A stretch of DNA of 63,441 bases, filler included, from Octopus bimaculoides (Eukaryota), in NCBI RefSeq assembly GCF_001194135.2. It is 5 parts of 5 records of this genome, joined end to end, with 100 filler letters (N's around TTAATTAATTAA, not from the genome) between each part and the next. Parts side by side here need not be neighbours in the genome. Positions count along the whole stretch, not along the records: positions 17,534 to 37,164 come from NC_068992.1; positions 37,265 to 45,687 come from NC_068981.1; 3 more parts are not named here. One strand, given 5' to 3'. Shown here piece after piece: positions 25,050-37,572 of the stretch; positions within the stretch are counted from its first letter, which is position 1; each line of letters opens with the position of its first letter. Position numbers and translations under genes: made by a program. A model generated the notes under the pieces. The model was not told the DNA's origin and ran no database searches. It saw only the letters and a list, made by a program, of their open reading frames with translations.

Positions 25050-26400
25050 ACCCTAATTTCAACTCGTCTACCAGCATCTCTTGTTTTTCATCATTGTGTC
25101 TATCATAGAAAACCAGTGCCATAATATGCATCATCACCTGTGATAACTTGTAAACTGACAACGCTCTGTGATTATAGGGATCGTTTAACTTTGGACACTG
25201 AGTTTCCACACATTAATCTAAATGTTCACTGGGTGAATTTTTCCAGTCTTCAGATCACATAATTACTGCCAATAAGCTGTCAATTGATTTCTAACATGGT
25301 ATGGACAATGTAATTCTTGCCACATCTACAACAGGTTATAATATAAATTAGGATTGCGGATAAGCATGTAAAATAATTTTTTATTTTAGATATTTTGTCC
25401 TGATTTTGAAACAGAACACTGAACCTTCAGATGCATTAATACAAATTCCCCCAATTTAACTTCCTACATGGTTTGGCTGTGAAGTTTGATAAAACGTTGG
25501 AAGGTAAATGAGCACTTGAAAATAATTTCTTTTATGATTTTGGATGTTTTTTGCATTTAATTATCTCTCAGATTGCTAAAATGCTCCTCATTTTTGGAGT
25601 ACATTTTAAAATAGGTAAATTTTAATTAATTACATTAAAGACCTTATTTGCAGGGTTTTGTGTTGAAATGCAAAATGACACATTCATTTCTTCGATTTTT
25701 GCTGTTCTTAAATCACCGATGTCAATTTCCTTTGAACTTTTTACTGTCAATTAATTATGAAGAATAAAACCCTTCAATCAAAATATTTTGTTTTTCCTTT
25801 AGTCTTTACCTTGAGCTTTCAGATTTGATATGATGGTACATATTCTTTTCATTGGATTAAAAAGAATATTGACTCTCATGTGTTTTGGAGAGCATGAAGT
25901 AAGACATAATTATTGGCATGAACTTGTTAGTTTCTAACACACATCTATCTTGATCGTATGCAGAGATTTCATGACCAATATGTCTAAGAAAAACACTTTC
26001 TTTTTGCTGTATTCCACAGTTTGCTAAATCTTAATTCTAATACTATTTATGAGTGATGAATTCAGAATAGGTTATTCAAATTTTCTTCCAATAAAATAAA
26101 ACAATTGCCAAAATATTTTTCTCATTTTCCTTCAAATAAATGGGGGAAAAAATTATTCCCATATTTTTACCAAGATTTTTTCATGTAATTTTATCTCAGA
26201 ATATCCCCTTACTAAATTTCAAATGCTTTGAGATAACTTTTGCCATGACATACAGTGAAGATAGAGAGGATTACACTGGTTAGACAAGTACATTTATTAG
26301 AGAACAGATGATGATTTACTCATGACATTTACTCACCCTGAACACTGAAAATTTCCTCACAGGAAATAGTAATATTGATGTGCGGGTCACACAACAACCA
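25050..26400 (-). mobile_element. Penelope-like element, decayed RT thumb plus GIY-YIG endonuclease
   Basis: Frameshifted motifs: SCSPKH, ISTQNPANKVFNVI.NLPIL, IIKCKKHPK, LIYIITCCRCGKNYI. Confidence 0.8.
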
Positions 26401-26941
26401 AACTTTTAACTCTTCTAATTATACCAATGCACATGAAATTGAACACAACAACAAAAACATTAGAAACGATTTTATCAAAAAATATAAAACAAGATTAAAT
26501 AAAAATGGTGACACATATTTAATTCAAATACATTTATGAAAATATATCTGTTCAACTCTCCTCAAAAATTTAAACTGCCTTAAGTTACTTCCCATATTAC
26601 AAAGAGTATTTATAACAAATTTAGATTACTAATAAACGTAATATTAACCCATCCCTTGTTATTTAAATATCAATTACAAGGCTACCTCAAATGGATATTA
26701 TATTATATGCATTAACTTAAGGCTAATAGAAAACATTTTATGGACATATTACAGGGACTATCAGTGATTGCGATAATAGATTTAGAAACAACTGAACTAT
26801 GCACAAAATAAAAAGATCTTAGCATTCTGTGTATATTATTTTTTTTCCCTACATCTTATGACCTGTGCAGGATATTTCAAACACTTTTTGCTGGTGCATG
26901 TGTCAGGATGTGTGCATCATATATATGTGTACCTGTACCTC

Positions 26942-26979
<38 letters not shown>

Positions 26980-27359
26980 TGAATATAAATACATATATAC
27001 ACATACACACACTCATATTGTATTAATATGCATTCAAACATACACACACACACACACACACACGTATATATACATACACACACACACACACGTATATATA
27101 CATATACACACACACACACGTATATATACATATACACACACACACATATAAGTAAGCACATAAATGTAAAACAAGTTGGAAAAAACAGTACTCAAATACG
27201 AAGGTAGATTTATATGTCTTTACTAAAACTGCAAAGTCATCACAAACTGTTACTCAGAGTTTCACATTCCCGGACAGTTGTGATCACAACTATCCAACAA
27301 ATGGGCGCTAAGTAACAATTTGTGAAGATTTTAGAGCCTTAATAAAAATAAATTTATTG

Positions 27360-27545
27360 TCAAGTTAACAGTTCCTCATGAAGATAACATGGACGTCGCT
27401 CATGCTCAAAAGATTGACCATTATGTAAACATCCTTGAGGAATGTGAAAACGTAGGTTGCAGCATTTTCCAGTCGAAGTCGGATGTAGAGGATTCGTTGG
27501 ACACAATGTGAAGTGACTGTTGTTATCGCTAGGCCTAACTTATTG
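27360..27545 (+). mobile_element. Restriction-like endonuclease (RLE) domain fragment of a Hero/NeSL-type non-LTR element
   Basis: KLTVPHEDNMDVAHAQKIDHY...EECENVG / FPVEVGCRGFVG, matching the ELTVP..E....K..KY and PVEVGCRGF motifs. Confidence 0.8.
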
Positions 27546-27959
27546 TATTGCAAATACCACCATGTGTGATATCCAAATTACAGTGGAAAAAGTGAGCCAC
27601 TGGATCTGATTTTAAAGAGACAATGAGCAATGGCTAGAAGAATAATGAGCTATATCTGATAACCAGTTGATTTAGCAAGCAGGGCCTCATGTCAGTGAGA
27701 GGGGCCAGTGTGCAATGATGTCATCGGGAGGTAGGCCCTGAAATGGTGCTCATTCTCTCCTAGCTTCCAGTATGCAGAACTTTCAACTAGTAGCACTTGC
27801 ATGTGCAAGTTGTTGGCAAAACATCAAAGAACGTGTAGTAGATAGCTACTGACATACCAGAAAGATGGTTAGGCACTGTGTAAAGATAAGAGAACTGCTC
27901 AGAAAGATGAGCTGACAATGGAAAAGGCTATTGATGCCAGGAAAGACTGATGGAGGCTG

Positions 27960-29960
27960 CAAACTTACAATCCTCACCTCCATAACATATTGTAACAACT
28001 ACCAATGAGAATGACAGCTCCATGATTGACTAAGAGGGGTGAGTCAAGAATCAATAAAACCCAGTTAACACACAAATGACCTTGGACATGAATATGATTA
28101 TTCCTTCAAACAGCAAACGAAGTGCAAACAACTGTGCTGTAGGGCCTTTGCAACTGGGGAGGCTTGGAGATACATCAAAAGACTTGTAAGAAGAGGACAG
28201 AGCAGTGTGAATGATCTGATTGCAAAACACGTGGCAATCATCCCCAGACTCACACCACAGTAGAGCAAAAAATGCTACAGCACAGACCTCTTCCTGACAG
28301 GAAACTGCAGGTTATGAGACTGGTGCATCAGATAGTATGCAGAAGAAATTGAGGGTTCTGTGGTCAGCAGTTAATGAGAAAGGAAGATATAAAGAGCCTG
28401 AGGACAAGGTATGTCCAGCTCTTAATAAAATGACAGGCTCTACAGTGGAGAAACTGGGTAAGTTAACAAGTTCCATATATGATACAGGGAAGAAATTATT
28501 TGGAGTGAAATATGGGACCCGATTAGGGAAAGAAAAGTGTGGACAAAGCAGGAGCGTCAGGAAGATGAAGCAGTAGAGGGGGAAAAGAACAGCCTAAGAA
28601 AGCAATGGAAATGTGTGGAGAAAGACGAAAAACCTGGCCTCGTGCAGCTGTACAAAGATTTCAAAAGGAAATGCAATTATGTGCAATGGCATATCTGCCA
28701 ATATGAGTGAAGAAAAGGAAGCAAAATGACTCATGAACAGTTTCTGAAGGACCCGTATGAGGTTACTAAGCTGTTCACTGAACTGAAGAGTGGCACTTTA
28801 TTGTGCACGAAAAAAGAATTGGTGCTCATATCAAAGAAACCTACAGTGATCCACACCATAACCAGCCATTGCCACCTATAAATGGGTTAAAGCATCTCTT
28901 ATCAAATTTGAAATTGGGGGTATCAGGGAGAAAGAGGTGAAGGATTTTGTGAGCTAGAGCAAAGAATATCACATGAGGTGATGGCATCTCGTACAAAGTA
29001 TATAAGTATTGCAACCATCTACAGAAGATCTTTGTCCTTTCCGACAGCTGTAGCATGAAGAGACTCTAGTAGAGGACTGGTGTATGGTAGAAGGCATATA
29101 CCTGCCAAAGGAGGTCAATGCAGAGACTATTAAACAGTTTAGGTTGATATCCTTCTTGAATGTGATAGGCAAGATCTTTATGGGAATTCTCTCAACAAGA
29201 ACAATGGCATATCTACAGAGTAATGGATATGGTGATGAACCTGTTCAAAAGGCCAGAATCCCTGGAGTCCCTGGATGCATTGAGCATTGTTTTTTTCAAT
29301 TTGGAAAGTGATCCAGGATGTCAAACAGAACAAGACAAGTCTGAACATGGTATGGCTTGATCTAGCTAATGCATATAGCTCAATGCTACACAAATTACTG
29401 ATGAGAGCCATGGACCACTTCCACATTCCAGAGAATGTAACAAGATTAATGAGGGTATATTATGACAGTTTCGAGATGAGGTTTATAGCTGGAAGTTTAA
29501 CAATAGATTAGCCCTAACTGGAGATTGGCATTGCTCCTGGATGCACAGTATCTGTTACATGGGTTACCCTAGTCATGGAGATGATTTTGAAAGTAGCAGA
29601 CTTTTCAAAACAAAATTCCCATGTTCAATCACCTAAGAAAGCTTTCATGGATGATGTGGTACTTCTGTTGACAGACAAGCAAATGATGCAGAGTGTCCTC
29701 TTGAGTTTTAACAAGCTTGTGAAGTGGTCAAGGATGTAATTCAAAGCAAAAAAAAAGTCGTGTAGTCTGACATTTATTAAGGGAGTGCAAAAAGAAGTTA
29801 AGTTTAAAACAGCTGAAGAAAGCATTCCAACAGTCAAGGAAGAACCTGCCAAGGGCTTGAAGCATGTATATGCTGGAATATTGTCAGATAGGACTTGCAT
29901 AATGGAAATTATGAAGCCAAAGATGGGCTAACAGCGACTGAAAGCTCAAAGCTACCTGGT
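27960..29960 (+). mobile_element. Hero-clade (R2 superfamily) non-LTR retrotransposon, decayed zinc finger plus RT
   Basis: GLEIHQKTC zinc finger, YLPKEVNAETIKQFRLISFLNVIGKIF, VWLDLANAY, KAFMDD, WSRM.FKAKKSRS. Confidence 0.9.
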
Positions 29961-31949
29961 ATAATGACAGGAAGAGCATCCAACCACAGAAAACCCACCC
30001 CAGCAAATTCCAGCCAACCTATGTGAATATAGATCTGTGGATGTCAAAATGATGATGTTATCTCTACCTACTTTCACCCAACGATTTTTATTCATATTAT
30101 ATTATGTTATACCATATTTCCTTGAAGTATAGAAAATAGAAAGACAACGTACATTACAATGCTAAAATGATGTTAGGTAGTGCTCTGATAACCTCAGGAA
30201 CATAACAATATATTACTGATTAGACTTAAGCTATAAAAGTATTTTAATATCTCACTTGATAATTTTAATTTCCTCTGAACATTAAGCCTGGCAGATGGGT
30301 ATATTATCATATCTTGCTTAACATTGCATACAAAATTTGTCTCATTTCAGTATTTAACATTTCTATCTTTATTTAACAAATCTCAGACTAATACATTGTT
30401 CATTGTATTTCTCTGATTACCCTTAGTTCTGACGTGAATCCCCAATTATGAATTCTTCATATAACACTGGCCTACATTTGACCTTCAACAAAATGATGAT
30501 CTCTTTATAAAGGCATTTTATTTAAATTCATAGTGAGACTGCTATTTAGTTCTCTTTGGAATTCTCTCCATGTTTGCTATTTCATGATTCAATACATTGT
30601 ATTTTGAAAAGTGTCTGTCACAATTGACTCTTTATCTTATTTTAATTCGAAAAGATTCAAAATTTATGTCTCAATAAATACCCTATAGTCTGCAACAGTA
30701 TGCTCTATTGTAACAGGTGAACAATTTCTATTAAAATAGATTTCTTCTGATGGGCTGAAACAGAATTGCTGATTATCATTCTATTATTTAGGTGTGCATA
30801 TCCTAAAATTGGAACAGGATGGAGTTTATTCATGCCATCATATCAAAGCAAAATATCTGCTGGTGGTGAAGTTCATGTTGGTGGTGGTGGTGGTGATGAT
30901 GATGGAGAAAGTGAGGCAGTGGTGTTGGTGGTAGTGGTGATGATAGAGATCTTGATAGGGTTGGCAGCAGTGGCGGTGGTGGAAGAAGTGACTGTGTGAA
31001 TCTAGTAAATTATCATTTCCTTGTATTGTGGGTTTGAACTCTTCACCTATAAGCTAATATAATCAGTTCAGAAGCACAGTAATTTGATTTGCCAAAAGGA
31101 AGAAGGAAAATCTTACATTTGGAGGTAAGAGAATTATGATTAGGCCCAAGCCAGTTATAAATGAGCAGGTCTTAGATAAAAGCAACATTGTCAACTATTG
31201 TCTTTAAGTCAGGTATCATATAAGAGAATTTGGCTATTATTTCTAGCAGTCAAGCACAGACATAGACAGTCCCTCATTGATGTTTACTAAAAGATACCAA
31301 AAACAGATTGGCTGGGATAAGTAAGAGAGAGAGAGAAGTGTAGTGAAATAATTACTGAAGCAGTTACAAGTTTGTAGTGGTAATCAACAAAAACGTTTGC
31401 AGATAAATAAATAACAGGAAGGGCTTACTGTGAGGAAAAAAGAATACAACTGGGAGGTTACTTATAGATAAGAACACGGTCAAACTGAAAAGAAGGGTAC
31501 AGAATTTGAAAAGCAAGGGAGGAAGAGACTCTTGAAGAGAAAAATAAATAGAGTATGTGTGTGAATGTGTACATGGTGTGTGTGCATGTGTGCATGTATG
31601 CATGTGTTTGGGTGAGAAATACAGAGGTGGTCTATGGAATGCTATGATGAAGTGAAAAGTCTAACTACTGCTGAAGAGGAATGCTTGCATGTTATTTTGA
31701 ATGCCAAACAAGCACTTCCTGTTCAGAATTGGAAGCATGAATGTGTCAAGATACGTAGGTTTGAAAGTGATGGAACAAATAAAATTGGTTGAAGTATAGT
31801 TAAGGTCATTTGTAACATGGAATTTTGCTTTGGTCTGGTTACAAGTGTTCTGCTGGAGATAGTTGTTTAGTGTAGCAGCATTTAGAACATCAGTATCTGC
31901 ATGGTAGAGCTAAATGTCTGTTTCTTAAGTTCTGTGCTGAAGCAACTCT

Positions 31950-32300
31950 CTGTCATGGTCTGGGCCAATAACATATGATAGAGAGATGTACATTAGTAAG
32001 AAGGATAACTGCAGCCTTGAGAAAACTGTGAAAATTATCTGGTTTACAAAGAGAACATATACAAATGAAAGAGTTAGATGTTAGTGCATCAAGTGCCACA
32101 ATACAGAGACTGCTCCAAGTGATGAAACATATATGCCTAGCACTAAAGTTTCTTCTCAAGATTATATAGAATCAAAATCAGTTGACTTGGGCCAAGGAGA
32201 AGCAGGAATAGAATGTTAATTAGAAGACCCAAGTGTTAGTTACTGATGATTGCAAACTTTACAGAATTGGAAGGGAGAAGTATAGAAACTTTAACTGATG
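31950..32300 (+). mobile_element. Highly decayed Tc1-like transposase fragment
   Basis: LDVSASSATIQRLL...QLTWAKEKQE...VLVTDDCK resembles VS..TI.R.L / RL.WA / VLFTDESK. Confidence 0.5.
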
Positions 32301-33675
32301 TTAAGTTCTAGATGTCAGTGATTGTTTAGGGTGCCATGTTGTGCACAGGTGTTGAACCACTGTGTTTCTTCAGTCAATACCTGCTCAACAGTCTAGTAAA
32401 CACTTCTTTCTGCCATCAATCAACAAGACATTTAGTAATGTTAAATCTCTATTCCAGGAGTCGATGTGTTACAAAGAAGAAATGTTCAGATAAGTAACTT
32501 TGTTTCCACAACCAAGCACTGCCTCTCACCTTACTTCATATCACCAATATTATTTATTTATTTGCCCATCTATTTATAAAGCTTTGTTTATTTCCATGCT
32601 GTATGTTATAGCAAAGTTAAGCAATCCCAATGTTCCATTATGTTTTTTCTCCTGTAGCTCTAATTTTCAAAAATTTTAAACCCATACTTGCTGCATTAAA
32701 AAAACTTAGTGAATTTTTGTTTCTTTGTTTCCTTTGTTTGGTTCCTTGCTTTTATTTTATCTCATTCATATTATGTTTAAATCCTCACATTTTTCCATGT
32801 TATATATTAGATAGTAGCTTTCATTTTGTTTGGATATTTTGTATGGCCTTCATCTAGGGAATGGGACATCCATGCTGTTTGGTCATTTGTAGTGCGGCTG
32901 CCCAACCCAACCTTTTTACCTCTACCAGAAGTCATTCTCCTAGAACCCCTATCAGAAACCTGTATGGAATGCTCTCTCCCTCACTTTCACCTCTATTTAG
33001 TGGTTATCTCCTGGTAAACATGGCAAGTGTGAAGTGAATAAAATGATGGTAAAGTAAATGCAGGTTGAAACCTCTTTGTACTTATACAATTTGTCTGAGA
33101 AACGTACATGTGAGCTTTCTTTACAGATGCAGAATGCTGTCCCCCATCCTTGTGTCTCCCCCACTCACACCTTCCACACCCTTAGAGTTGGCACACTCAC
33201 TGTGAGCACATTGACAGGTATATTTATCAGTTAAAATTGCTGTCTTCCACACATATTGTTTTGTCCTTTCAGGTGCTGATGTCACATAAAAATCACTCGT
33301 GACAACGCTGCATAAATGCTCACGTGCTGGTGGCATGTAAAAAGCACCCAGCACACTCTGTTAAGTGGTTGGCATTAGGAAGGGCATCCAGCTGTAGAAA
33401 CCATGCCACAACAGACAATTGTGTCTGGACAGCTCCCAGATGGCCAGCTCCATGTCACATCATCCAACACATGACAGCATAGAAAGCTGACAAACAATGA
33501 TGATGGTGATAAATCAGGGACAAACCAGCCAGTGTCTGGTTTCTTAACTATCACATCAGCATATTTGTGTTAATATATCTGTGCCTTTTCATTATTAATC
33601 CTGAAGATTTCTACACGAGCCATGTTTATGTATTTGTTTTGCAAGATTCCTCATATGAAATTATGTATTAAAAAA

Positions 33676-34110
33676 GATATTGTTATATTTGGGAGTTGTC
33701 ATTTTATTCTTTTTCTTTTTATTTGCCAAATAACAACACTCACTATATACTCGTACTTCACTTCAGGTTCATTATTGTTCATATTTTAGTATCCTTTGTC
33801 TGAATTCTTTCATCACACATCCTGTGACCTTTTCAGCAACTCTCCAGCCCACATGTCTTCCTCCATTCTGTTTAGTTCATTCTGTCTATGTTTTGAAATT
33901 CCTGTAACTGCAGTTCATTCAGAAAGACAGAATGGGCCAAACAGAACAGGAAGAGTTGTTGATGAGGTCACAGGATGTGTGATGAAAGATTTCACACAAA
34001 AGAGAGTAAGATAAGAATAATTATAAAGCTGAAGTGAACGAAAAGTATATAATGCATGTGGTTATTTGGCAAAAGAAACAGAAATGACCATCCCCAAATA
34101 TAACAATATC
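33676..34110. mobile_element. MITE with ~165-bp imperfect terminal inverted repeats and probable TA target duplication
   Basis: gatattgttatatttggg...cctgtgacctttcagcaactc is the reverse complement of gagttgttgatgaggtcacagg...ccaaatataacaatatc. Confidence 0.8.
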
Positions 34111-34303
34111 TATACGAGTTCTTTTCTAGTAAGTGTCTTTTTACAATTGAGCAATTCATGAAAGGTTATTTTTCCCATTGATTTCACTTGTAACATAATA
34201 AATTACAACCAGCTAAATAAATGCATTCTAAATGTTTACTTCCAATTTTGACAATTAATTTAAAAGAACAGTGATTATCCCATCATCTTCAATATTGTTT
34301 TAG

Positions 34304-34461
34304 CTATTAACTCAACAGAACATCCATTTGTTTCATTGAATATAATAGATTCAAGAGTAAATAATGATGGTGGCAATGCAAAGATAGTAAACAGCAACAA
34401 TATACATAGCTTAGAGCCGTTATTATACACTCTTGAAAATTTGATGGGTTCAGTAAAATAA
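34304..34461 (+). CDS. Candidate terminal exon (AINSTEHPFVSLNIIDSRVNNDGGNAKIVNSNNIHSLEPLLYTLENLMGSVK*), product unknown
   Basis: Acceptor tcttcaatattgttttag, 52 open codons to TAA, AATAAA ~120 nt downstream, near the end of the CpG-poor domain. Confidence 0.3.
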
Positions 34462-34839
34462 AATGACTGTTCCATTGCATTAATAATCAAAAGGAAAAAG
34501 AAAAAAATTAACACTCTACATGTTTCCTGGTATTGACTTTCCAATTATAACAATATAATGTGAATTTATTGCATATTGAATAAAGTATAATTCAAGTTTA
34601 TATTTGATGTGAGATTCAACATCAAAAATACATTAATATTAGACATGTACTTGCCTTAGTTCTAAAGTATCAAAAATGAAAATCAAACATTAATATGAAT
34701 TGCAGCTATTGAGAGACAGTCTGTTTAACCTACAACATAAATGAAGTTAGCTTTACAGTTAGGGAGAAATACAAGAGAGAAAATTCGGATTTAGATAATA
34801 ACTTCATTAAATTAATGCTGTAAAAATTGGAAGGTTGGA

Positions 34840-35230
34840 CAGGCATGGCTGTGTGGTAAGAAGCTTGTTTTCCAACTACATTGTTCCAGGTTCAGTCCCA
34901 TCATGTGGCAGCTTGGGCAAGTGTCTTCTACTGTAGTCTCAGGCCAACTAAAGCCTTATGAGTGGATTTGGTAGGCAGAAAGTGAAAGGAGTCTGTCATA
35001 TGTGTGTGTGTGAGTGTGTGTGTGTGCGTGTTCTTGTCTCTTACCGCTGCTTGACAACTGGTGTTGCTTTGTTTATGTCACTGTGACTCAGTGGTTCAGC
35101 AAAAAGAAACTGATGCAATTAATATCAGACTTGAAAATAAGAATTAGTACTAGAGTCAATTCATTTGACTAAATGTTCTTCTAGGTGGTACTACAGCATG
35201 GTTGCAGTCTAATGAATGAAACAGATAAAA
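34840..35230 (+). mobile_element. Composite SINE (GCATGGCTGTGTGG head plus ...GCAGTC.AATGA.TGAAACA tail)
   Basis: Head matches 14458. Tail matches 60720-60910. Confidence 0.8.
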
Positions 35231-36825
35231 GATATTTAGACAACGCATGGAGGAAATAATGATTTACATCCTTGTATTGATCATTCCTTGAAACAATATT
35301 TTTGAGTTTTGCTGTATGCATAAGAGATTATTTTGAAATGTAGTGACAAGATGCAAGGTAAGTGGATCTACAATGAATTAACCCTTGAATAACAAAACTA
35401 AAGAACTTTCACTGAATTGTCATGTGGTATATAATTCAATAAGAGGACAGAGATGGATTTAATCAGATGTCAAAGTTTTACTAATGCTTACGTGAATTCA
35501 ACAAAATTTCTAATTGCTTTATAGTGAAAGCAAATAACTGTTGTGCAATCAAGTACATGTCTGTAAGTATTCAGTACTAAGTGTAGCATGCTATTCTTTC
35601 TATCTCACTGCTTTATCTCTGTCTCTATGCCATACATGAAGACATTTAAAAGTTAGTTTTGTTTATTTTAAATGTATAATGTCAACATCATACAACTGGT
35701 AGTCAACCATCAGAAGCATTATTGGCTATATATGTTTTACAACAGCAATAAAGTGGCTACTGTACTACACACATTGTCTTTTCCTAGTTTCTCAATTGTC
35801 CGAAGGTTTCTATGTGCACAAAGGAATGTAAATGTAGAACAGAAAACAAAGGCAGTACAGGAACCAGTTATAATATATATTGCTAATGTTTTGATCAATA
35901 AAAGCAAAAGAGGTCATTGTTATTGGAGAAGTATTTATTTTCCAATCAACTGTACATATCAAACAGAGAAGCTAAAGAAAATTGAATGTCAGTAAAAATA
36001 ACAAATTGAGAGTTTAGGACCATTTAGAAACAATTTAGTTGGATCAAACTGTATGTAGGAAAATGTGTGGTAACTGCTGTTAGATGATGAGCTGAATAAC
36101 AGTATTTGAGAAGATGTTAATATAGTTTATTTGATCCTGTAGATAATTGCAATGGGAAGTATGGCAATGTCTCAATATTAACTTGTCAAGAAAATGACAA
36201 ACACATATAGAGAAAAACCAATTATATAGATATTACTCAGGTTGTAAAAGGAAAATAGCATTGTCTTTAAATAGATATTGAAGGAAGCTGGGAGAATAAA
36301 AATGTTAAAGAATATCATTTAAACGATTGGCTTCTAAAGTGATTGACGTTAATATGAGAATACAGAGACTGTGTTAAAGAAACATATTCATGGGTAATAG
36401 CAACTGAACAATATTTTAAATTCCAGTTTTGGATGCAAATATCCAAAAATATTAGCCATGGCCCAGCTGGCTAATAAGTCATGAGTTCAAGTTTAGTACA
36501 CATGCACTATTTCTAAGAGCAAGGCTTCTTCATTACTTTGGTTCACTTAGCTATGGAGAATAGAAAGCAATTTTTCATTGGAAAGTTAAATTCACTACAT
36601 AGCACACTACATAGTGGTGGATTTTAATAGCTGAATCAAAATTCATCATTTATGAAAGGATTTTGGTTACACTGAAGTCAGGTTAAAGTTCTGTATTTTC
36701 ATTTTAAATAGAGTTCTCAGGAAAATTCACATTCATCAGTTTGCTATCCACTAATAACATTACATAGAAAGAAACCACTACCACTAGTACCAAAACTACA
36801 TTCATTCATGCACACAGTAAACAGA

Positions 36826-36912
36826 CATTAGGTTAGCAAAAGTATCAGCCACTCTGCAACTGAAGGTGCAAGCATCAGTTGGAGAGTGGCTGATACTGCT
36901 GCTAATCTGATG
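36826..36912 (+). ncRNA. 87-nt pre-miRNA-like hairpin (candidate)
   Basis: ~38-bp stem with three mismatched pairs and two G-U pairs, closed by an 11-nt loop (aggtgcaagca). Confidence 0.35.
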
Positions 36913-36969
36913 CCAAGGAGTTTCAGTAAGGTAATGGAATCAGTATAACAGGATATTTCCTAGACTGCT

Positions 36970-37009
36970 TCCTTCTGAGGATGGGCGTTTATGCTTGAAA
37001 TATAAAGGG
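36970..37009 (+). ncRNA. Minimal type I hammerhead ribozyme motif
   Basis: Stem I TCCTT/AAGGG, CTGAGGA-T, stem II GGGC-gtttat-GCTT, GAA plus palindromic ATAT, cleavage after AUA. Confidence 0.6.
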
Positions 37010-37101
37010 TTTTGTAAAACTTTCTGCATTGTTAGAAGCTTTCATATTTTCCTTTACCTTTTCCTTGTAAGAGGATTTGCTGTGGGGCCTGAAAATGTAA
37101 T

Positions 37102-37164
<63 letters not shown>

Positions 37165-37304
37165 NNNNNNNNNNNNNNNNNNNNNNNNNNNNNNNNNNNN
37201 NNNNNNNNTTAATTAATTAANNNNNNNNNNNNNNNNNNNNNNNNNNNNNNNNNNNNNNNNNNNNATATATATATATATATATATATATAGATAGATAGAT
37301 AGAC

Positions 37305-37378
<74 letters not shown>

Positions 37379-37458
37379 AATGAATATTAATTCAATTTAA
37401 AACCAAATGGCCTAGCACAAAAATAAAATCTGAAAATTCAGAAGAAAATTGTATTACA

Positions 37459-37572
37459 CGTGTATTAGGGATGACCACTAGGTGGACATCCAATATGCTA
37501 GAAAGAGGTCATCAACGTTGATGACATCTTTCTGGCATATTGGACGTCCACCTAGTGGTCAACCCTTATACA

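Larger units (their letters stand above)
36540..37080 (+). mobile_element. Probable Penelope-like element 3' end
   Basis: RKQFFIGKLNSLH..GGF resembles the PLE GIY-YIG terminal R.E..WI.KL.TL.P.GLN motif. Followed by a hairpin and a hammerhead motif. Confidence 0.5.
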
